From positions 186,001 to 250,000 of the IMG/VR virus record IMGVR_UViG_3300037110_000087: 64,000 bases of DNA. The stretch is one strand, 5' to 3'. Below the pieces are notes generated by a model. It was not told the DNA's origin. It did not search any database and saw nothing but the letters and a program-made list of their open reading frames with translations. Each line of letters begins with the position of its first letter. The stretch's first letter is position 1. The translations under genes were made by a program, and so were the position numbers. Positions 39,314 to 48,714 of this stretch are shown one piece after another.

Positions 39314-40333
39314 CTAGTTGATCAGAACAGTGACAATCAAACTGTCGAACAGGTGCATCACCTGCTTGGCCTGGGCATCAGTCAATTTCGGACTGAAGAT
39401 CGTGTCGGTCATGTGCTTGATGATGGCTTGCTTGATCGGTGAGGGGTCCACGATCTCTGAATAAGAAGAGGGGGCAGGCTTGGGTGCGGGTGCCGGTTTT
39501 GGTGCCGCATGAACGGGTGCCGCAGGGACAGCCTTGACTGGAGGAGCAGGTGCCTCGGGCAACATCGTTCCTGCTAAAATCTCCACTGGGGGAGCGGCCT
39601 TGACCGGAGCAGGGGCAGGAATAGCGGCCTTGGCCGGAGCAGGAAGCACCGGAGCGGGGGCATTAGGCAACTTGTGACCATTGCCGTTACCATTGCCCTT
39701 GTTGTCCGCTCTCTTTTCCTTGTTTGCCTTGCCAGTGAGATTGCCGGTCACACCAGCCGCCCTACGGATCAGTTCTTGATCGGAAGCGACTGGAATGGAT
39801 TCGTCGATCGGCAATTTGATGGCCTGGAAGAAATTCGTCCGTTCCGAGATAGAAAATTTCCTCCGTTCCCATTCAGCGGGGCTGAGGATATTGCTCTTCG
39901 CTCCCATTGCTTTGGACAGTTTCTCTTGGGAAAGCCCCGAAGCGATTCGATAATCCCTGAGTTTATCGCCCCATTTGGCTGTTTCGATTGAAGTCATATC
40001 GACCACCTTTCGTTGATGTGGAATGATTTGATTTCCCAATTCCGATCTTTTCATCGCCGGACCAAGGCTGTGTTGTTTTCCATCTGCTGATTCGTTGGGG
40101 ATTCCCCTAACTATCTCAGCCAACTCAGTCTCACTGAAACCCCGCTTCTTGAGAAATCCAAGGATCTCCTTAGCATTCTCCCCAGCGTATTCTTGAGTGA
40201 CATTGACACGAAATTTGTTGATGAAAGTCTTGGTCGTGAGAAATAACGGAATGGAGGGTTTGACCTTCTGGTATCGAAGTGGATGATCCAGGGCCAAGAA
40301 CTGTTGCATTTTGACCATGACTCCCTCATACAT
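39314..40333 (-). CDS. XRE-family HTH protein with Pro/Ala-rich linker
   Basis: LRDYRIASGLSQEKLSKAMG; PAPA-rich segment. Confidence 0.65.
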   Translation of the reverse strand: MYEGVMVKMQQFLALDHPLRYQKVKPSIPLFLTTKTFINKFRVNVTQEYAGENAKEILGFLKKRGFSETELAEIVRGIPNESADGKQHSLGPAMKRSELGNQIIPHQRKVVDMTSIETAKWGDKLRDYRIASGLSQEKLSKAMGAKSNILSPAEWERRKFSISERTNFFQAIKLPIDESIPVASDQELIRRAAGVTGNLTGKANKEKRADNKGNGNGNGHKLPNAPAPVLPAPAKAAIPAPAPVKAAPPVEILAGTMLPEAPAPPVKAVPAAPVHAAPKPAPAPKPAPSSYSEIVDPSPIKQAIIKHMTDTIFSPKLTDAQAKQVMHLFDSLIVTVLIN

Positions 40334-40389
40334 TTCGAGGGCCGAATGGCCCTCGAATGAATCTCTTCACGGTATGTTCCAATGGCGGG

Positions 40390-40800
40390 TTAACGCTTTG
40401 CCGCCTCGGCCTGTTCAGCAGCGTCGTGGGCGTTGAGCTTGGGCTTTGCAGTCGAGCGCTTGATCTTCGCAGCCTTTTCGGCCATGTCGTGGGCGTTGAG
40501 CTTGGTGGAACCGGCCCCGGCCCCCACGGGTTCCATCAGCCTCCACCCTGCGGCGGTCAGCTGGAGGAACCGGGTGGTACCCTTCTTCACCCTGGCGATG
40601 AGGCCCAGCTTGTACAGCGGGGTCATCACGCCAGCGGCAGAGGCCAGTTCGATCTTCGCGGCCTTCGCGACGTCAGCCGGGGTGATGCTGGAAGTCGACG
40701 GCGCACCCACCTTCTTGACCAGATTCGCCAGAACGACCAGGAACCTCTTGCTGTTGGCGGTGGCCTCGATCGCGACATCCTTGCGGAATTTGTAAGCCAT
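40390..40800 (-). CDS. basic winged-helix DNA-binding protein
   Basis: TPADVAKAAKI...LYKLGLIARV...LQLTAAG; SD GGAG. Confidence 0.65.
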   Translation of the reverse strand: MAYKFRKDVAIEATANSKRFLVVLANLVKKVGAPSTSSITPADVAKAAKIELASAAGVMTPLYKLGLIARVKKGTTRFLQLTAAGWRLMEPVGAGAGSTKLNAHDMAEKAAKIKRSTAKPKLNAHDAAEQAEAAKR

Positions 40801-40880
40801 TTTCTTCTCCCTTTTCAGGTGATAGATTTGGTTGCTACCGGGATTTCACCCGGAGAATGGGACTATTTGCCCCAACCATA

Positions 40881-40909
40881 ATTTTAAACTACCCAAAGAG
40901 GCTTGTCAA
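40881..40909 (-). promoter_or_regulatory. sigma70 promoter
   Basis: TTGACA-N17-TAAAAT. Confidence 0.7.
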
Positions 40910-40941
40910 TCCCTTCTCAATCCCTTCTCATTTGTAGACAA

Positions 40942-41306
40942 TTAGGGAAGTGTTATCTCCCAATACTTCTGCCAGCACCATACCAATAAGTTTGTATCAG
41001 CGATGGACCCTCTCAGATGGATTGTGGTGTCCACGACGATCCAGGAAGACACTCCTATCATCCAAGGATTCCGCAGGGGGAACAGATAATAACTAATACA
41101 GGATCCTGACATAGTGATGCCGCAGTAGAGCAGTGCAGCCAAAGAGAACCCAAATATTTTATCACAGAGATCTCGTTCAGTTGCAGTTGAAAAATATACA
41201 ACAATCAAACCATAGACTATAAACCAATTGAACCAAATATTACCGCCGACGAGCCAACTTAGGAGAAGAGACACCAGAGGCCAGAGGATTGGACCGAATT
41301 TGGACA
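40942..41306 (-). CDS. multi-pass membrane protein
   Basis: from MSKFGPIL, about four hydrophobic segments. Confidence 0.5.
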
Positions 41307-41531
41307 TACTACCCCTAGATTTTACTTCCTTTAGGAAATCTGGTATCTTACCTGATGGACAGCTCCCGTTGGGTCTTAGTATCCTTCGACAGACTGGAGG
41401 AGGCAGAACAACCAGTATACCACCCACGAGGGGTTCTGTCAATATAACCTGCAGCCATTTGGTCAAGGGGAATCTTGTGCTAGAGAGAATCCCGTGTTAA
41501 ACTCGTTACGGTCTTCTTAGGAGAGAGAGAA

Positions 41532-42116
41532 ATGAAACCAAGATTCGCGGTGATCTCTTACCTTCCCTTTTTTAGAGGAAAGACTCCAGAAGATGCTGCT
41601 GAATACATGAACGTTCTCCCTCACGAAATTGGCTCTGCCAGCGGTTGCATCTGGACAATGGAAGAAAAGACTGGTGAGATTACAGCCATTCTCATCCTGA
41701 ACCTCGCTGAAGGATTACATGAGCATCTGCTGGAATGGAGTGAAGGACACGTGGAGGCCCGGTGGAGATTCGGGACTCATGACTTCCCTGATGGTCGATA
41801 TGGATTTCTCCTGGCTCCAAACATCGAACAGTCCATTCTCAGAGCCAAGATCAACATTAGTCTGCAGACCGGTCAGGTGATTCCAGACGATCACACCAGC
41901 GAAGTAGTATTCCGTCCGTTCAGTTTCATCAGCCTCTCGACCTCTCCGGTCTACAATCAAATCAAGGACAAGATCGGCAACAACCTCAAGATCTACTTCC
42001 TGGATCAGGCTGATTTCGATGATCATGGGTTCAGGATTGAAGATCTGTTCCTGATCGGCATAATCGAACGAACGGACATGTTTACCGGCTATCTGGAAGG
42101 TCTGATCGAACCTTAG
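41532..42116 (+). CDS. hypothetical protein
   Basis: ORF with purine-rich SD. Confidence 0.65.
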   Translation: MKPRFAVISYLPFFRGKTPEDAAEYMNVLPHEIGSASGCIWTMEEKTGEITAILILNLAEGLHEHLLEWSEGHVEARWRFGTHDFPDGRYGFLLAPNIEQSILRAKINISLQTGQVIPDDHTSEVVFRPFSFISLSTSPVYNQIKDKIGNNLKIYFLDQADFDDHGFRIEDLFLIGIIERTDMFTGYLEGLIEP

Positions 42117-42700
42117 CGCTTCGACTTTCCCTTGATGCCCATGCCTTTTAAGAAATCGTCGTCGCTCTGAATCAACTTCTTGTGGACCAGGAAGAGATAG
42201 GTGTAAAGCTGGTATGCCTCCATTCCCTGCCACTCCTCTGGAAGCGCGTCAAAACTATTGTCTGGAAGGGTTTCACCATAGGCGTTGCATTCTTCCTGAG
42301 TGAATCCAGCCGCTTCTCTTTTCTTGTCCCATTCCTCAGCTAACTCATCCAGTCCATAAGGATCGGGATATTGTTCAAAATAGTCATATTCATTAAGGAT
42401 TTGAACCTTATAAACTTTTTCAAGTTTAGCTACAATAGATGCAACCCATTCAGGATGAGACATGTTCTGTCCCCAAGCAGAAAAACTACTGACAGTTCCA
42501 TCACTACTGGGATAAGCCCAAAGCCAGCCTTTTCCATTTGTAAGGCCCAAAGCCCCGTTTTCCTCTTTGCCCACCCAAATTCTATGTTTCTCTCTGGTTA
42601 ACTGTCGGAGACTATCGAAGGGGATTTTTCCCTCGTCATCAGGAATCAACATATAGGCAGTGTCTGCCGTTTTAACGAATGCTTTAAGATATAGTTTCAT
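42113..42700 (-). CDS. hypothetical protein with Ala7 leader (MKLYLKAFVKTA)
   Basis: ATG 42700 after GGAG; overlaps end of upstream gene. Confidence 0.65.
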   Translation of the reverse strand: MKLYLKAFVKTADTAYMLIPDDEGKIPFDSLRQLTREKHRIWVGKEENGALGLTNGKGWLWAYPSSDGTVSSFSAWGQNMSHPEWVASIVAKLEKVYKVQILNEYDYFEQYPDPYGLDELAEEWDKKREAAGFTQEECNAYGETLPDNSFDALPEEWQGMEAYQLYTYLFLVHKKLIQSDDDFLKGMGIKGKSKR

Positions 42701-43952
42701 TCTTCTCTCCGACACATTCAGGCCCAAACTTCTCAATGGCTTTTTTGAAATATTCCACCAGGGCCGGTGGGGTGGAGTCTTCTTGATATGATTTGCGTCC
42801 ATCGCTTATCACAGCATTACCAAGAACCAGCATCACACCATTTCGGAACTTCTTTTGATAATACTCACGTTCCATAAGCTGGTCGAACGCCTTGCCATAG
42901 ACTGGATCAATATCGGTCAGCATTGATGAACATCCTGGGTTCTCGCATCCAAACAAATCAGAGTAATCAGAATAGCCGTTCACTATGGGTCTATGATATT
43001 CATGACAGAAGCCACAATAAGCATCGTTGCAGAAACCACTGGTGTACCTGGGTTCGGTGCCATTCAACCACTTGACGAAATGCCAGGGTGCACGGAGACT
43101 ATTGCACCAGACTTGGCTCATACCACAACGACATACATACAAGATGCCATAAGGGTACTGATGGTTCGTATTGATTACTGGCTTCTCATCAGGAAGAAGA
43201 TAGCCATAGCAATGAGCACATCTCATCGAGTGTTCGTTTTTGAATTTGGCTGTCCTTAGAGAGGCATTCCTGGTTTGCAGTGGATGGATTTGCTCAGGGT
43301 AGAAAGCAATCCAGGCTTCTTCTCTATACTGTGCGCTATCATACCCTTCCGCTTTCAGCCCTGCCACTAAATTAATAAAGTTGGGATCACTCGGGCTGAT
43401 GTGAAGAGCACGAAGGTCTGCTGGATTTTCCACGGAAAGTCTTGCGGAGATAATCCTACCATTCGGTTGATCTTTAATTAGATCCCTACAGTAATTAATA
43501 TCTCGGTGGAACATTGCTGGGGTTCGGAAAGTCTCTAATTCTTTTGTAGTGCCATGGTAGACCACATCTGGGACTTTGAGACTTGCATTAATTCTAATCT
43601 GTAAGGGATGAATTTCAGTGACCATCGCTCTTACATTATCAACGTGATTTCTGACTAATGACTCAATCCGGTGTAACCCATCCCAGACATAATAATCATC
43701 TTTGTACTTGACAATCTCAGGCAAGTTGTGAAACTTCGTTACCTGTCTAAGTAATTCTACTTTCTTATCCTCTATCTTAGATTGGACGCTCTTTAACTCT
43801 TGGATGGGCAGGGTCTTCTTATAGGTAACTGAAGAATGATTCTTCAACGCCTTGGCAATTTCTTCCTCCAAACGACGCGAAGCTACCGGGAGAGTTGTTT
43901 CCGTATCCCAGTAAGCTTTTCTTTTTACCCTAGCAATTAAATATAATATCAT
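42684..43952 (-). CDS. Polyvalent protein: ParB-like - ART-like - Cys-rich domain; Ala7 leader (MILYLIA)
   Basis: VWDGLHRI; VVYHGT...LKAEGYDSAQY..EAWIAFYPEQI; multiple CxxC; repeated junction IHPLQxR(I)NASL. Confidence 0.7.
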   Translation of the reverse strand: MILYLIARVKRKAYWDTETTLPVASRRLEEEIAKALKNHSSVTYKKTLPIQELKSVQSKIEDKKVELLRQVTKFHNLPEIVKYKDDYYVWDGLHRIESLVRNHVDNVRAMVTEIHPLQIRINASLKVPDVVYHGTTKELETFRTPAMFHRDINYCRDLIKDQPNGRIISARLSVENPADLRALHISPSDPNFINLVAGLKAEGYDSAQYREEAWIAFYPEQIHPLQTRNASLRTAKFKNEHSMRCAHCYGYLLPDEKPVINTNHQYPYGILYVCRCGMSQVWCNSLRAPWHFVKWLNGTEPRYTSGFCNDAYCGFCHEYHRPIVNGYSDYSDLFGCENPGCSSMLTDIDPVYGKAFDQLMEREYYQKKFRNGVMLVLGNAVISDGRKSYQEDSTPPALVEYFKKAIEKFGPECVGEKNETIS

Positions 43953-43971
43953 AGTATAGTCGCGATAATTA

Positions 43972-44430
43972 TCATTTTCTTGTCACCAAATCCCAGACTC
44001 TGATTATCTTGTCGCCTCTCCGTATAGCTGCACAGACTCGATGGCAACCGAACCAGATTTCTCCATCTACCATAACACTTGGATTAGCTGTTGATCCTGG
44101 CAGACGAGAATAATCCTCAATCTTTTGAAAGTCCATTCCACAGAAAACATCAGGATTAGACTTGTTAAAATCCCATACATCAAGGAGGCTGTCGGGATCT
44201 TTAATAGCATCCCAATGAGGAAGATGCTGTTTGGCTAAGAATTCTGGTGTGAGTTCAACGGTTCGCGGAGTCCAATACCTCATGTGAATATTAGCGAATT
44301 CCCAACGATCGCTTAAAGAGCCATCAGGACGCTCCTCTTCGATTTCCCGCTGAAGCACTGGAGGGAATCTACGCATAATTTCCCTCCAGGTAGGAGGCTC
44401 TTCAATTGTGGCTTTCAGCATCAGTCTCAT
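43972..44430 (-). CDS. ParB/Srx-like protein with Ala7 leader (MRLMLKA)
   Basis: PSVMVDGEIWFGCHRVCAA; TG-C-TATAAT immediately upstream. Confidence 0.55.
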   Translation of the reverse strand: MRLMLKATIEEPPTWREIMRRFPPVLQREIEEERPDGSLSDRWEFANIHMRYWTPRTVELTPEFLAKQHLPHWDAIKDPDSLLDVWDFNKSNPDVFCGMDFQKIEDYSRLPGSTANPSVMVDGEIWFGCHRVCAAIRRGDKIIRVWDLVTRK

Positions 44431-44447
44431 GGTTCCATTATAGCATT

Positions 44448-44467
44448 GGACCCCCTTTCGGGGGTCC
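44448..44467 (-). terminator. hairpin after nrdJ
   Basis: GGACCCCC-TTTC-GGGGGTCC. Confidence 0.6.
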
Positions 44468-44482
44468 CTTGTTTTTAGTCAG

Positions 44483-47035
44483 CTAAGAGCATTTGCTCCA
44501 ACCACAACCAGATCCCTTTATACCCTCAGGACCACCACAACCAACGCAACCATCGACGTAAACGATCTTGCTGCCACACTCAGGGCAAAGCTTGGTGCCC
44601 AGCAGTTCCGGCTTGGTGATGTATTTCTTCAATACCCGTGCTATTGCTGCAGAGTATTCAACCAGACTACCACTATTCTCCTGAAGATCCTTGACAATGA
44701 ATTCTACAGGGATCCCATGTCTTAATTCTCTGCAAATCGAGCGGGTGAGTTGTCTCTGATTCTCTTCATCGTAGATTTCTTGAAGATCAGAAATGTTCTC
44801 AATACCATTACCTTTGATCTTCACCGCCAAGCTATAACGTTTCTTTGAGTTGCGCTTGATCTCAGCATGCTCTACTTCATTGGGACTGGGTAACTCGATA
44901 TTCTGTCCCGCGAAGATCTCGTAGGGCTTTCCCTTTAGTAGACCGACTACCACACCCCACAATTGGCCTTTCACTCTCACTTGATAGACATCACCGGGAA
45001 GAGTGGTGGGCCGTTTCGGTGAAATATTGTGAACGATCTCGGTGGGCCGTTCGTCCTTCTTGACAGTCTCAGTGGAGGACGAAACTAAAACTCCATCACG
45101 TGATCCATCTACGTAGACGGTCAGCCCCTTCAATCCCAGCTTCCAGCCCAGCATGTAGACTTCCTGGACCTGTTCCACTGTCGATCCCTTGGGCATATTG
45201 ATGGTCTTAGAAATTGAATGATCAATATGTCGCTGGATTGCAGCCTGGAGTTCCACACCTTTGAGATAATCAATCTCAGCAGAGGTCACGAAATAATCAG
45301 GTAGGACCTTTTTCAGTTCGGCATTAGCTTCTGCAATTGACATATTATCAAAACAGGCAGGAAGAACCATGTCATTAGCAGTGAGATACTGCAGGACCAC
45401 TGGGGAGATGACCTTGAATTTGGTCCATTTGTCGCCCATGGCATCAGTTCGATCAACTCTCGCACCAACTTCATTGACATTGATTTTGCGGAAACGTTCA
45501 AAAATCCAATCAAAGAAGGGTTCAATACCTGAAGCAGTCTGAGAAGCTAAAGCGACCGTTCCTGTTGGAGCATTGGTCAGATTAGCAATATTTCTACGAC
45601 CAAAAAGTCTGATCTTCTCCTGAAGCCAATGAGGAAGCCGTTTGATAAAGGGACATTTAATATCAGTTTCCCAACTCCAACCTTTGAAAGCCCCACGTTC
45701 ATCGGCTAGTTCAGCACTGGCTTCATAACTAGCAACCTTTTGAATACCATAGAGCTTATCACAGAAGGCAATAGCTTCATCAGAATCATAGCGAATACCA
45801 AGAGCGATGAGAACATCTGCTAGGGCATGTGTGCCCATCCCAGTTCTACGTCCATTCTTCCCAGCATCGTAGATCTTAGACCAGAGAGCTATCTCATCCG
45901 TGTCATCGGTGATATCACGGATCTTGCTAACTGCTTCAAGCTCAAGTTCCACCAAATCATCAGATAAACGCTGGACGAACTTGATATCCTGGTAGAATTG
46001 ATCAAAATCAAACTCAGAGAACTGAGTAAATGCCTTCTTGACCCAGCCCATGAGATTGTTGGAAATTAAACGACAGGAGTCATACATCGAAAGAAAGATC
46101 TCACTACATGGGTTAGTGGAAACACATTCAAACCCCTTGTAGTAATGAGCAGGAAGCTCCCGGCAAGCTGTATCCCAGAACAGAATTCCGGGTTCAGCAG
46201 TCTTGTTAGCAGAGGTCACAATCAGGGTCCAAAGATCCCTAGCCTTGATCTCTCTGGTGATTTCTGCCTCTTCAATCGGTACATCACAGGGCCATTGCAG
46301 CATGAACTGAGCATCAGCTTCTACCGCCATCATAAAATCATCACATACTTGAACCGAGACATTAGCCCCAGTCACCTTAGTGAGATCATGCTTCATGGTC
46401 ACAAAGTTCTCGATATCTGGGTGTCTGATATCAAGTGAGATCATTGTAGCTCCAACTCGCCCACCTTGACCAATCATTCTAGTAATATGAGAGATGAAGT
46501 CAGAGAAGCAAGGGACACCACTACTGATACGAGCGGCATTGTTGACTGGTGCTCCCATTGGTCGGAGAGTAGAAAGACTCACCCCGCAGCCACCACGCCT
46601 CTTGAAAATGGAAGCCATTTCATTACCAGTTCTAAAGATCCCAGTAATGGAATCCTTCGGTGATGGGACCACGAAACAGTTAGACAATGATTGAAGCTGG
46701 TAAGGGTTGCCCATGGCAGACATTGGTGAACCCTGAGGGACTACCTTCTTAAATCGGTCCAGGAGATCACGGACACGATTGTAAAACTTCTCCTCATCAG
46801 TCCAAGGACTGAGTTTCATCTCGATCCTAGTGAATTCTCTAGCTAAACGATCATGCATATCTGCAGGAGTTTTTTCTAGGTACTGGCCTTGTTTATTCTT
46901 TAAAAGGTATTTCTTTGCTACTGTAGTTGCTGCTAACTCGTCACCGCCAAAGTATTTAATAGATTCAAATTCTACCTCTTCTTTCGTGAATATAGACAAA
47001 CTTCCCGCCGGGACAAGACTCCCAGTACTATTCAT
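44483..47035 (-). CDS. nrdJ: Class II (adenosylcobalamin-dependent) ribonucleotide reductase
   Basis: SLSNCFV, RRGGCG, TGANVSV, AEPG, TNPCSE, APTGT, ISKTIN, KGLTVY, C-terminal CPEC...WSKC. Confidence 0.92.
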   Translation of the reverse strand: MNSTGSLVPAGSLSIFTKEEVEFESIKYFGGDELAATTVAKKYLLKNKQGQYLEKTPADMHDRLAREFTRIEMKLSPWTDEEKFYNRVRDLLDRFKKVVPQGSPMSAMGNPYQLQSLSNCFVVPSPKDSITGIFRTGNEMASIFKRRGGCGVSLSTLRPMGAPVNNAARISSGVPCFSDFISHITRMIGQGGRVGATMISLDIRHPDIENFVTMKHDLTKVTGANVSVQVCDDFMMAVEADAQFMLQWPCDVPIEEAEITREIKARDLWTLIVTSANKTAEPGILFWDTACRELPAHYYKGFECVSTNPCSEIFLSMYDSCRLISNNLMGWVKKAFTQFSEFDFDQFYQDIKFVQRLSDDLVELELEAVSKIRDITDDTDEIALWSKIYDAGKNGRRTGMGTHALADVLIALGIRYDSDEAIAFCDKLYGIQKVASYEASAELADERGAFKGWSWETDIKCPFIKRLPHWLQEKIRLFGRRNIANLTNAPTGTVALASQTASGIEPFFDWIFERFRKINVNEVGARVDRTDAMGDKWTKFKVISPVVLQYLTANDMVLPACFDNMSIAEANAELKKVLPDYFVTSAEIDYLKGVELQAAIQRHIDHSISKTINMPKGSTVEQVQEVYMLGWKLGLKGLTVYVDGSRDGVLVSSSTETVKKDERPTEIVHNISPKRPTTLPGDVYQVRVKGQLWGVVVGLLKGKPYEIFAGQNIELPSPNEVEHAEIKRNSKKRYSLAVKIKGNGIENISDLQEIYDEENQRQLTRSICRELRHGIPVEFIVKDLQENSGSLVEYSAAIARVLKKYITKPELLGTKLCPECGSKIVYVDGCVGCGGPEGIKGSGCGWSKCS

Positions 47036-47106
47036 GCAAAACTCCTATTAAATTCAGATGCAATGCTCCGAGTTCCTGAATGCATCTTTTGCTATCGTGC
47101 CTAACT

Positions 47107-47117
47107 AGTATAACACC
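47107..47117 (-). promoter_or_regulatory. extended -10 promoter for nrdJ
   Basis: TG-T-TATACT. Confidence 0.45.
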
Positions 47118-47152
47118 CATATCCAAAGACCTGCCTGTGGCATATCTCTTGC

Positions 47153-47968
47153 CTATTTTTGCCTTCGTAGGTATTCTTCTTCTAAATCCCAACAGGGCAT
47201 ACTTCGGCGCGATCTTTCTATGCCCATGACTACCAAAGAGGATTTTTTTCTAATTCCCTCATTATCGGATAAATCTTGATATCTGGTTGTTATTCCTTTG
47301 ATCATTTTCTTTTGATTCGATTCATCCAAGCTGGCAAACAATAAAGAGTATTCTCTATCAACTAAAATGGACTCAATCACCTGTTTTACAGATCTAATTG
47401 GCTCGTTTGTTTCAACAAAAAGCGGATCTACCTTTTCAAAACAAATTTGACCTAAATGGCCTCTTACCTCAGAATCTTGATTAAAATAACTAATCATTTT
47501 ATCAGAGGTTTCTTTATTTTCCGCCTTTTCTTGCCTTTTTACATCCCTTTTACTTTTCGGAGAGTCCACCAGATGAGTCAGTTCGTGGACAATGACCGGC
47601 ATCAACCATTCTTTAATTAGCGAAGGTCTGCCCAAAGAAAAATAAAACATACCAATATGGTCAAGATTAAACCTGAAACTGATAGTTCCATCAGATTTGT
47701 TGGTCATCCCTTCAAAAGGCGAACCACCGGACGTATTTTTTCCCCCTACCAATTCACAGATCAAAGTTATTACTAAGTTCACTAGATCATGTTTGTAATC
47801 CATTAATTCAATTGATAGATCTAGGGTGTTTAACACTCCCGGTTTAGAAATCAAATTGATATTAGGAATACCAGAAACTAACTCTTTGAGAGCACTTAGA
47901 AGTCTGGCTTCCTTTTCGGCATCCAAACCCAAATCAATTGGACGAGTGGCTGTGATTCTTAGCTTCAT
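47153..47968 (-). CDS. Zincin metallopeptidase with Ala7 leader (MKLRITA)
   Basis: IVHELTH...YFNQDSEVRGHLGQI, similar to both zincin domains of 5713-8241. Confidence 0.7.
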   Translation of the reverse strand: MKLRITATRPIDLGLDAEKEARLLSALKELVSGIPNINLISKPGVLNTLDLSIELMDYKHDLVNLVITLICELVGGKNTSGGSPFEGMTNKSDGTISFRFNLDHIGMFYFSLGRPSLIKEWLMPVIVHELTHLVDSPKSKRDVKRQEKAENKETSDKMISYFNQDSEVRGHLGQICFEKVDPLFVETNEPIRSVKQVIESILVDREYSLLFASLDESNQKKMIKGITTRYQDLSDNEGIRKKSSLVVMGIERSRRSMPCWDLEEEYLRRQK

Positions 47969-48600
47969 TTAATGCACAGAACAGCTTTTTTGTTGGCAGC
48001 CGCTAATTCATCACTGGCATTAGCGTTCCATCGATAAGGACACATTTTATAAGTTCTTGCATAAATCCAAAATTTCTTCACATGCTCAAGTAGTTCAGGG
48101 AATTCCTGGAGACAGAAACGTTCAGACTCAGCAATCAGGATATCCTGAATCCCAACATCAGGGCCACCCTCGACCAGATAGAAGAAAGTGGCATCTACAC
48201 GGTCCGAGAGTTTAACGAGAGCCTTTACCCGACCACCGAATAGTGGCTCCCCCTCATCCAATCCTCTCCGCCTCCAGAAATCGTTCTCAAGCTCCCCAAT
48301 AATATGACCTGCGCCCTTTTGATTCAGGGCCACTTTGACATTGGTAGGAATATCACCAGTTGCTTCGATCTCAGGCAGATCGTGAGTCAGGCAGAATTGA
48401 TAGCCCTCAGCCAATTCTTGCACATTAAACCGATCAGCGAGTCGTGCTTCCAGGAAAGAAAAGATCAGGCCAATCTGTCCAAGGTGTTCTGAAAGGGATT
48501 GTTTACGTGGCATTCTAACCAAGTGCCAGCGAGTCAAACCATTAACATCTGCAATATCACCAACACTTACTTCTTTGAAAGGATCAAATCGTCTTTCCAC
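47965..48600 (-). CDS. datZ: HD-domain dNTP hydrolase, DatZ-like dATPase
   Basis: RWHLV...QSLSEH, THDLPEIEATGDIPT, VKLSD; YfbR/DatZ pattern, 1.3 kb from purZ. Confidence 0.72.
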   Translation of the reverse strand: MERRFDPFKEVSVGDIADVNGLTRWHLVRMPRKQSLSEHLGQIGLIFSFLEARLADRFNVQELAEGYQFCLTHDLPEIEATGDIPTNVKVALNQKGAGHIIGELENDFWRRRGLDEGEPLFGGRVKALVKLSDRVDATFFYLVEGGPDVGIQDILIAESERFCLQEFPELLEHVKKFWIYARTYKMCPYRWNANASDELAAANKKAVLCIK

Positions 48601-48691
48601 TATGGACTCCCTGGATATTGTTTGTACTTAGTTAACCTAGAAATCGTTATCGTAACGTGATGGGTTCGTATATAATTAACAGGTAAGGATT

Positions 48692-48709
48692 GGGCCTCTT
48701 TCGAGGCCC
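48692..48709 (-). terminator. hairpin after glycosyltransferase
   Basis: GGGCCTC-TTTC-GAGGCCC. Confidence 0.55.
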
Positions 48710-48714
48710 TTTCT

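Noticed and set aside
39460-39700. Low-complexity repeat-like DNA
   Set aside because: Encodes a Pro/Ala-rich protein linker; not a CRISPR or iteron array
44483-47035. Intein or intron in nrdJ
   Set aside because: Motifs are continuous and length is typical; no splice signatures
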